Below, piece after piece: positions 57,484 to 64,000 of a DNA stretch of 64,000 nt (position 1 is the stretch's first letter; each line of letters begins with the position of its first letter). The translations under genes and the position numbers were made by a program. The DNA is from an uncultured Clostridiaceae bacterium. GTDB taxonomy: Bacteria; Bacillota; Clostridia; Lutisporales; Lutisporaceae. The stretch lies in the NCBI GenBank assembly GCA_964394355.1, contig CAYMVQ010000004.1:15090-79089 (forward strand). The letters are read 5' to 3'. The notes beneath the pieces are model-generated. The model was not told the origin of the DNA. It saw only the letters and a program-made list of their open reading frames with translations, and did not search any database.

Positions 57484-57560
57484 AGGATTATTATATAGTC
57501 AATTTGGGTGGCAACGCGGAAAGTATCCTTCCGTCCCTATTTGGGATGGAGGGATTTTCT
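57484..57560 (+). promoter_or_regulatory. Second, partial T-box copy (stem III + T-box sequence + terminator-like hairpin) with no stem I
   Basis: Direct repeat of 57361-57440 at a 123-nt offset. The 20-nt T-box sequence is identical at 57500-57519. Hairpin CCTTCCGTCCC and GGGATGGAGGG at 57527-57553, followed by ATTTTCT. Confidence 0.7.
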
Positions 57561-57595
57561 AATTAAATATTATATAGAAAAGGCAGAGGATTATA

Positions 57596-58663
57596 ATGCA
57601 TAAGAAACTATTTATACCGGGACCTATTGATGTAAAAAGAGATGTTTTGGAACAAATGTCAAGACAATTAATAGGTCATCGCTCAAAAGATGCTTCCTCT
57701 CTTCAAAGAAGTATCAGTGAAAAACTCCAAAAAGTTTTCTACACTAAGGAGGCGATTTTGCTTTCTACATCCTCAGGCTCAGGCTTGATGGAAGGGGCAA
57801 TAAGGTCTTGTACAAGGAAAAAAGCTGCCGTATTTTCAATAGGTGCTTTTGGGGATAGATGGTATAAGATGGCCAAATCAAATAATGTAGAAGCAGATAT
57901 TTTTAAAATGGATAATGGGGAGATTACTACTCCTGAAATAATAGATAACACTCTAAAGTCCGGTAATTATGATTTGATTACTTTGACCCATAATGAGACT
58001 TCAACGGGAGTTATGAATCCCATAGAAGAAATATCGCAAGTGCTTAAAAAATATCCTGAAATTGTGGTTTGTGTAGATGCCATATCATCCATGGCGGGGA
58101 CAAAAATTCCAGTAGATGAATTGGGCATAGATATATGCATCGCTTCTACACAAAAATGTTTTGGGCTTCCCCCAGGAATGAGCATGGCTTCTGTATCAAA
58201 AAAAGCATTAGATGCAGCAAAAGAAGTAAAATACAGGGGAACATATTTGGACATCTTAGAATTATATAATTATATACAAAAAAAGGACCATCAATATCCT
58301 TCCACACCGGCTTTATCCATAATGTATGCTATGGATTACCAGTTGGATAAAATCCTTGATGAAGGACTTTCTAATAGATATAAAAGACATTTAGAAATGG
58401 CAAAGTATGTGAGGACTTGGGCAAAGGAAAACTTTGAACTTTTTCCTAAAGAAGAATTTGCCTCAAACACTTTAACAGCAATAAGGAATACAAAAGAAAT
58501 AGACATAAACTTATTGAATAAAGAATTAGGGATAAGAGGCTACCAAATATCAAACGGTTATGGAGAATTAAAAGATAAAAGCTTTAGAATATCCCATATG
58601 GGGGATTACTCATTGGAAGATATAAAAGCTTTGCTAGAAAATATTGATGAAATAATAGGCTAG
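57596..58663 (+). CDS. Class-V aminotransferase (serine-glyoxylate/phosphoserine aminotransferase-like)
   Basis: 355 aa. PLP-lysine context ASTQKCFGLPPG. First gene after the Ser T-box, followed by serA. Confidence 0.8.
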   Translation: MHKKLFIPGPIDVKRDVLEQMSRQLIGHRSKDASSLQRSISEKLQKVFYTKEAILLSTSSGSGLMEGAIRSCTRKKAAVFSIGAFGDRWYKMAKSNNVEADIFKMDNGEITTPEIIDNTLKSGNYDLITLTHNETSTGVMNPIEEISQVLKKYPEIVVCVDAISSMAGTKIPVDELGIDICIASTQKCFGLPPGMSMASVSKKALDAAKEVKYRGTYLDILELYNYIQKKDHQYPSTPALSIMYAMDYQLDKILDEGLSNRYKRHLEMAKYVRTWAKENFELFPKEEFASNTLTAIRNTKEIDINLLNKELGIRGYQISNGYGELKDKSFRISHMGDYSLEDIKALLENIDEIIG

Positions 58664-58695
58664 TATTTAAGTTCCAGCAAGAAAGGAGAATAAAA

Positions 58696-59640
58696 ATGTT
58701 AAAAATATTGATAGCAGATGGAATAGAAAAAACTGCATTTCAAAGATTAATAGATATGAAATTCCAAGTAGTAGAAGAACATTATGAAGAAGAAGATTTA
58801 GTGAAAGAAATAAAAGATTATGATGTGTTAGTGATACGCTCGGCTACAAAGGTCAATAAAAGGGTAATTGACGCTGCAACAGAAACCGGAAGATTAAAGC
58901 TAATAATTAGAGGCGGCGTAGGTATAGATAATATTGATGTGGATTATGCAAGAAGGAAAGGTATAATGGTTAGAAACACACCCAATGCCAGCAGTACATC
59001 TGTTGCCGAGCTTGTAATAGGGCATATATTTACTATGGCTAGATTTATTCACTGTGCCAATGTAAGTATGAGAAAAGGACAGTGGAATAAGAAATTATAT
59101 AAGGGTATAGAAATAAGCGGCAAAACCTTGGGACTTATTGGTTTTGGAAGAATTGGAAAAGAAACTGCAAAAAAGGCCAAGGCCCTGGGTATGAAAATCA
59201 AATTTTATGATATAGCGGGTCCCATGGCGGGAAATAGATCCTATAAATATTGTGAATTAGAAGAAATATTAAAAACTTCAGATTTTATATCCTTGCACGT
59301 GCCCTTTAATAACGGAGAAAGGGCTGTAATAGGGGAAGAAGAAATTAATAAGATGAAAGACGGTGCTTATTTAATTAATTGTGCCAGGGGTGGGGTCATC
59401 GATGAAAATGCACTGATAAGGGCATTGGATTCAGGAAAACTATCTGGCGCAGCCATGGATGTATTTGAAAGAGAGCCGACTATAAACCCCTTTCTATGTG
59501 ACCATGAAAAAATTTCCTTAACTCCACATATAGGTGCTTCAACAGTAGAGGCCCAGGAAAGAATAGGAGAGGAAATAGTAGATATAGTATATGATTTTGT
59601 ACATGGGAGTGAAGCAAATGGCATTGCTAAAAGCATTTAA
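58696..59640 (+). CDS. serA: D-3-phosphoglycerate dehydrogenase (short form, no ACT domain)
   Basis: 314 aa. NAD-binding GLIGFGRIGKE. D-2-hydroxyacid dehydrogenase catalytic R/E/H contexts (CARGGVID..., TPHIGAST). Confidence 0.85.
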   Translation: MLKILIADGIEKTAFQRLIDMKFQVVEEHYEEEDLVKEIKDYDVLVIRSATKVNKRVIDAATETGRLKLIIRGGVGIDNIDVDYARRKGIMVRNTPNASSTSVAELVIGHIFTMARFIHCANVSMRKGQWNKKLYKGIEISGKTLGLIGFGRIGKETAKKAKALGMKIKFYDIAGPMAGNRSYKYCELEEILKTSDFISLHVPFNNGERAVIGEEEINKMKDGAYLINCARGGVIDENALIRALDSGKLSGAAMDVFEREPTINPFLCDHEKISLTPHIGASTVEAQERIGEEIVDIVYDFVHGSEANGIAKSI

Positions 59641-60865
59641 AGCGTTAAGACCTGTTCCAGAGCTAGCATCAAAGGTTGCTGCATTGCCCTATGATGTTGT
59701 AAATAGTGAAGAAGCACGGAGAAAGGTGAAAAATAACCCCTACTCCTTTCTTCACATTGACAAGCCTGAAATAGATTTACCCCTAGGAACGGATTTATAC
59801 GATAAAAGGGTATATGAAAAAGCAGCGGAAAATTTAAAAGCTTTAAAAGATAAAGGAATATTAAAAAAGGATAAAAAAGATAGTCTCTATATATATAGGC
59901 AAGTTATGGGGGAACATATTCAAACGGGAATAGTAGCTTGTGTATCCATAGATGATTATAAAAACGGTATAATTAAAAAACATGAAAAAACTAGGGAAGA
60001 TAAAGAAAAGGATAGAATAAACCATGTTAAATATTGCAATGCAAATACAGGACCTATTTTTTTAGCATACAGAGATAAGGCTGAAATAGGTGAAATTATA
60101 GACAAATGGGTCGATTCTAATGAGCCAATTTATAATTTTATAGCAGAGGATGGAATAAAACACAAGGCTTGGCTTATTGATGATGATAGGATAATAGAAA
60201 TGCTTACTAAGCATTTTAAAAGCATAGATTACCTATATATTGCAGATGGCCACCATAGATCCGCTTCCGGAGTGAATGTAGGGGAAATGAAAAGAAAGCA
60301 AAATCCCCAATATAGCGGTGAAGAAGAATTTAATTATTTTTTAGGCGTTTTATTTCCCCATAATAATTTAAAAATTATGGACTATAATAGGGTGGTCAAG
60401 GATTTAAACAATTACTCACCGAAAGAATTTTTAGAAAAAGTTAGGGAAAATTTTCATATAGAAGAATATATGGGAGAAGGTGGCTATAAACCGGATAGTA
60501 AATATAAATTCGGTATGTACTTTGATAATAAATGGTACAGGCTTGAGGCTAAAGACGGTAGTTTTGATAAAAGTAATGCTGTAGATAATTTAGATGTTTC
60601 CATATTACAAAATAATCTTTTAGGACCTACACTTGGAATAAAGGACCCAAGAACCGATGAAAGAATTGATTTTATTGGAGGCATAAGGGGCTTAACAGAG
60701 CTTGAAAAAAGGGTAAACAAAGGCGAGACCCTAGCCTTTTCCATGTATCCTACTTCTATGGAAGAAATAATAAACATAGCAGATGAAAATAAAATAATGC
60801 CTCCCAAATCTACCTGGTTTGAACCGAAACTAAGATCAGGACTTTTTATACATGAATTGGATTAA
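59618..60865 (+). CDS. DUF1015-family protein
   Basis: Start at ATG 59618 (MALLKAFKALRP...), overlapping serA by 23 nt. The N-terminus and the IADGHHR motif are typical of DUF1015. Confidence 0.75.
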   Translation: MALLKAFKALRPVPELASKVAALPYDVVNSEEARRKVKNNPYSFLHIDKPEIDLPLGTDLYDKRVYEKAAENLKALKDKGILKKDKKDSLYIYRQVMGEHIQTGIVACVSIDDYKNGIIKKHEKTREDKEKDRINHVKYCNANTGPIFLAYRDKAEIGEIIDKWVDSNEPIYNFIAEDGIKHKAWLIDDDRIIEMLTKHFKSIDYLYIADGHHRSASGVNVGEMKRKQNPQYSGEEEFNYFLGVLFPHNNLKIMDYNRVVKDLNNYSPKEFLEKVRENFHIEEYMGEGGYKPDSKYKFGMYFDNKWYRLEAKDGSFDKSNAVDNLDVSILQNNLLGPTLGIKDPRTDERIDFIGGIRGLTELEKRVNKGETLAFSMYPTSMEEIINIADENKIMPPKSTWFEPKLRSGLFIHELD

Positions 60866-60966
60866 TGGAAAAAGTGTTAAAAGACTTATATAAAACTTAT
60901 GAAAGTATGCTATACTTGGGATAATGAGGTAGATGGTTTATAATAACTGATGTAAAGGGGAGGAAA

Positions 60967-61698
60967 ATGGATAAAGATAAAAGAATTGCCGTGCTTATCG
61001 ATGCCGATAATGTATCGGATAAATATCTGAAATTTATTTTTGACGAAATTTCCAATCATGGTACACCGACTTATAAGAGAATTTATGGAGATTGGACTAA
61101 ACCCCAATTGGCATCATGGAAGAACTTACTTTTAAATTATTCTATTAGCCCTATTCAGCAATATTCTTATACAACAGGTAAAAACTCAACGGATGCAGCA
61201 CTAATAATAGATGCTATGGACATACTATATTCCCAAAATGTAGATGGTTTTTGTATTGTTTCATCAGATAGTGATTTTACAAAGCTTGCCTCCCGGCTCA
61301 GGGAAGCAGGCATGTTTGTTCTTGGAATGGGAGAGAAGAAAACGCCTGCTCCTTTTATAGCGGCTTGTGAAAAGTTCAAATACTTGGAAGTTTTAGCTTC
61401 AACGGCAATGACATCTAGCAATCACAATAAACTTAATGCTAGCATGACTAGTCTTGAGGAAATTATTAGGGCCATTAAGACTATAATTACGGAAACCTCG
61501 GATGAAGATGGATGGGCTTTTTTAGGCGATGTGGGAAATATGTTGAATAGGAGATATCCAGATTTTGATACAAGGAATTATGGTTACTCAAAACTAACCC
61601 CCTTTGTTTCATCGTTGAAGCATTTCGAAATTCAATCCAGAAAAACCAGCAAGACTAATGTTTCCTTAAAATATATTAAAAACAAAGAAGGAAGATAA
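60967..61698 (+). CDS. NYN (LabA-like) domain protein with a C-terminal OST-HTH/LOTUS-like domain
   Basis: 243 aa. RIAVLIDADNV...YGDW...IVSSDSDFT are typical NYN acidic motifs. The C-terminal ~70 aa is OST-HTH-like (GWAFLGDVGNMLNRRYPDFDTRNYGYSKL). Confidence 0.8.
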   Translation: MDKDKRIAVLIDADNVSDKYLKFIFDEISNHGTPTYKRIYGDWTKPQLASWKNLLLNYSISPIQQYSYTTGKNSTDAALIIDAMDILYSQNVDGFCIVSSDSDFTKLASRLREAGMFVLGMGEKKTPAPFIAACEKFKYLEVLASTAMTSSNHNKLNASMTSLEEIIRAIKTIITETSDEDGWAFLGDVGNMLNRRYPDFDTRNYGYSKLTPFVSSLKHFEIQSRKTSKTNVSLKYIKNKEGR

Positions 61699-61717
61699 AA
61701 TTTTAAAAGCCAATATA

Positions 61718-61758
61718 AAAAGCTTGCAAACGAAGTAAAGTCGATTGCAAGCTTTTTA
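61718..61758 (+). terminator. Intrinsic terminator after the NYN gene
   Basis: Stem AAAAGCTTGCAA and TTGCAAGCTTTT (core at 61721-61729 and 61745-53), 15-nt loop, T5 run. Confidence 0.8.
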
Positions 61759-61810
61759 TATTGATAAACTTGGTAAAAAATAATAAACTATTTACAAAGG
61801 AGGGTATAAT

Positions 61811-64000
61811 ATGCAAGATTTTGAAAAACTAGGTGTGTTTTATTTAGGGAAAGAATATGACTCAAACAGCAAGCAATTAAAAGATGACCTTATATTATAT
61901 AAATCCAAAGACTTAACAACTCATGCCGTCATAATTGGAATGACAGGTAGTGGTAAAACAGGGCTTGGTATAGGGATGATAGAAGAAGCTGCCATAGATA
62001 ATATCCCTGTTATAGCTATTGACCCAAAAGGGGATTTATCAAATCTAGCTCTTACATTTCCTAATTTAGAGCCTGGAGATTTTAGGCCTTGGATTAACCT
62101 TCATGAGGCTGCTAGTAAAGGAATGGAGCCTGATGATTATGCAAAAGGACAAGCAGATTTATGGAAAAAGGGCCTAGCAGATTGGGGACAAGATGGTTCA
62201 AGAATAAAAAAATTTAAAGAATCGGCCGAAATAAAAATATATACTCCCGGAGCTTCCGCAGCCATTGGTGTTTCCCTATTGCAGTCCTTTAACCCACCAC
62301 CAGCTGAGGTCCTAAAAGATCCGGATGCTTATAGGGATAGAATTTTGACTACAGCTACAAGCTTACTGTCTCTTATCGGGGTGACAGGAGATCCTTTTAC
62401 CAGTAGGGAAAATATTTTAATTGCCAATATAATCGAACAGTCTTGGAATAGTGGGAGAAGTCTCGGATTGGCGGAACTTATTGCCGCAATACAATCTCCC
62501 CCCATGGATAAAGTAGGGGTAATGGATATAGAAAGCTTTTATCCTTCAAAAGATAGATTTGCATTGGCAATGCAGCTTAATAATCTTTTGGCTTCCCCCA
62601 GTTTTAAAGCATGGATGGAGGGAGAAGCTTTAAACATAAATAATTTTTTATATGATTCTAGCGGAAAACCTAGGATTTCCGTTTTTTCCATTGCTCATCT
62701 GACTGACAGCCAGAGAATGTTCTTTGTTACTATGCTACTAAACGAAATAATCACTTGGATGCGCAGTCAATCCGGAACAGGCAGCCTAAGGGCAATGCTA
62801 TATATGGATGAGCTTTTTGGTTATTTGCCCCCAACTGCTAATCCGCCATCTAAAACACCGCTTTTGACACTTTTAAAGCAAGCCCGTGCATATGGCTTAG
62901 GATTGGTTTTGGCTACTCAAAACCCAGTGGACTTAGATTATAAGGCTCTGTCTAATGCAGGTACATGGATGATAGGACGCTTACAAACAGAAAGGGACAA
63001 GGAAAGAGTTTTGGCTGGTTTGGAAGGAGTCGCCTCCGCTGGGAAGTTTGATAAACAAAAAATAGGACAGATATTGGCTGGCTTAGGCCAAAGAATTTTC
63101 TATTTACATAGTGTTCATGAAAATGAGCCTACAATTTTTAATACTAGATGGGCCCTTTCCTATCTGGCAGGTCCTCTTACTAAGGAACAATTGGCCTTGC
63201 TAGCAAAAAAGCCTACTACAGATAGTGGTGTAACTAATTCTGTACTTCCAACCCCGGATTTTGATGCTATTAGTAGGGTGGCAGCTCCAGATGTTGCCGG
63301 AGAAGTTTCAACATCTGCAGCAGCTTCTGCTACGGGGGATGCTGCTCCAGTTCTTCAGGCAAATTTTACTGAAGAGACAAAAGTATCAGGAAGCCCCATT
63401 CCAGTATTAGACCCAAAAATTCAACAAGTTTATTTACCGGTGGATGGTAGGAAAAGCAATATAAGATATACTCCTTATGCCATAGGGGCGGCAGATGTAT
63501 TATACAGTAGTACAAAGCATAAGCTTACAGCAACTAAGAAATATATATTTATCTCGTCTTTTTATGATGGACCGGTTTCCATAGACTGGAAGGATGGGAA
63601 GCAGTTAGATATAGATATAAAAGACTTGGAGACAAAAGCTATGGAAGGTGCGACATATGATGAACTCCCATCTGCAGCAAGCAATGTAAAAAATTATGAT
63701 GCCTGGAAGAAGCAATTTAATCAATTTATCAGAACTGATTTGCCTTTAAATATTTTATATAGTCCTTCGCTAAAAATTGTTTCCGAAGTAGATGAGGATG
63801 AAAGAGATTTTCGTATACGAGTACAACATTTAGCCCATGAGAAACGTGATGAAGAGATAGAAAAGCTTCGCAAGAAATACTCATCGAAGATAAACACCCT
63901 TTCAGAACGTCAAAGAAAGGCCAAGCAAGCTGTAGAAAAGCAGACAGCTATGGCAGGCCAAAAGAAAATGGACGCAGCAATATCTGCCGGCTCTGCGATT
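61811..64000 (+). CDS. Large HerA/FtsK-superfamily (DUF853/YjgR-like) P-loop ATPase, 3'-truncated by the window edge
   Basis: Not in the supplied track. My own translation shows an open frame from ATG 61811 (AAGGAGG RBS) to 64000, which is 730 codons with no stop. Walker A GMTGSGKT (61937-61960), IAIDPKGD, Walker B LYMDELF and ATQNPVDLD. Then a low-complexity linker and a Lys/Glu-rich coiled-coil-like region. Confidence 0.75.
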   Translation, partial: MQDFEKLGVFYLGKEYDSNSKQLKDDLILYKSKDLTTHAVIIGMTGSGKTGLGIGMIEEAAIDNIPVIAIDPKGDLSNLALTFPNLEPGDFRPWINLHEAASKGMEPDDYAKGQADLWKKGLADWGQDGSRIKKFKESAEIKIYTPGASAAIGVSLLQSFNPPPAEVLKDPDAYRDRILTTATSLLSLIGVTGDPFTSRENILIANIIEQSWNSGRSLGLAELIAAIQSPPMDKVGVMDIESFYPSKDRFALAMQLNNLLASPSFKAWMEGEALNINNFLYDSSGKPRISVFSIAHLTDSQRMFFVTMLLNEIITWMRSQSGTGSLRAMLYMDELFGYLPPTANPPSKTPLLTLLKQARAYGLGLVLATQNPVDLDYKALSNAGTWMIGRLQTERDKERVLAGLEGVASAGKFDKQKIGQILAGLGQRIFYLHSVHENEPTIFNTRWALSYLAGPLTKEQLALLAKKPTTDSGVTNSVLPTPDFDAISRVAAPDVAGEVSTSAAASATGDAAPVLQANFTEETKVSGSPIPVLDPKIQQVYLPVDGRKSNIRYTPYAIGAADVLYSSTKHKLTATKKYIFISSFYDGPVSIDWKDGKQLDIDIKDLETKAMEGATYDELPSAASNVKNYDAWKKQFNQFIRTDLPLNILYSPSLKIVSEVDEDERDFRIRVQHLAHEKRDEEIEKLRKKYSSKINTLSERQRKAKQAVEKQTAMAGQKKMDAAISAGSAI

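Noticed and set aside
57381-57566. 61-aa ORF with an internal repeat (GGNAENNLSSLFGNEGF / GGNAESILPSLFGMEGF)
   Set aside because: It lies entirely within the duplicated T-box/terminator segments of the serine leader. The peptide repeat is just the translated RNA-element duplication. It has no RBS and a non-ATG start.
1-64000. Mobile genetic elements, prophage, genomic island, tRNA/rRNA genes
   Set aside because: No transposase, integrase, recombinase, phage structural or conjugation genes, and no tRNA-like or rRNA-like sequences, were recognised. Gene content is housekeeping and envelope-related throughout.

Overview
AT-rich chromosomal segment of a low-GC Firmicute, Clostridia/Tissierellia-like by gene content and synteny. 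I support about 60 protein-coding genes. I found no rRNA or tRNA genes, no CRISPR array, and no transposase, integrase or phage genes, so this looks like core chromosome rather than an island.

Gene order:
- psd-pssA (phospholipid synthesis)
- a MacB-type ABC ATPase/FtsX permease/HlyD adaptor triplet
- several small envelope or unknown genes
- an aldo-keto-reductase-ferredoxin fusion, a Crp/Fnr regulator and a split permease
- two tandem Nim/PNPOx paralogs
- PadR-DUF2812
- a histidine operon, hisZGDCB-AF-IE
- DUF438, GNAT, FMN-binding and PrsA genes
- a standalone MetH-activation-like domain next to a RACo-like protein
- DnaD/DnaI-like helicase loaders
- LysM-M23 and S8 peptidases
- a WalRK-YycHI-(MurA)-YycJ-HtrA locus
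- LtaS, Ung, MurJ, ATP-grasp-MurE, MotB-like and Cls genes
- a serine operon (class-V aminotransferase, SerA, DUF1015)
- an NYN/OST-HTH protein
- a large HerA/FtsK-like ATPase that runs off the 3' edge and is missing from the supplied ORF track

No obvious novel multi-gene system stands out. The signals most worth a second look are regulatory or structural:
1. A Ser-specific (UCC) T-box leader has its stem III, T-box and terminator tandemly duplicated, with no second specifier domain.
2. A HisL-type leader peptide (MLLFNIQNIKLHHHHHR) and terminator precede hisZ, which is unusual for a Firmicute.
3. hisH is missing from an otherwise complete his operon.
4. A dispersed family of modular, hairpin-forming intergenic repeats carries tandem heptamer tracts of consensus CYARRAR.
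5. A near-identical 46-bp promoter module sits upstream of two unrelated genes.
6. A non-DAP-type MurE is co-transcribed with an ATP-grasp ligase, a candidate cross-bridge ligase.
7. DUF1015 is translationally coupled to serA under the Ser T-box.

Functional calls come from motif recognition and from memory of protein families. No database searches were run.
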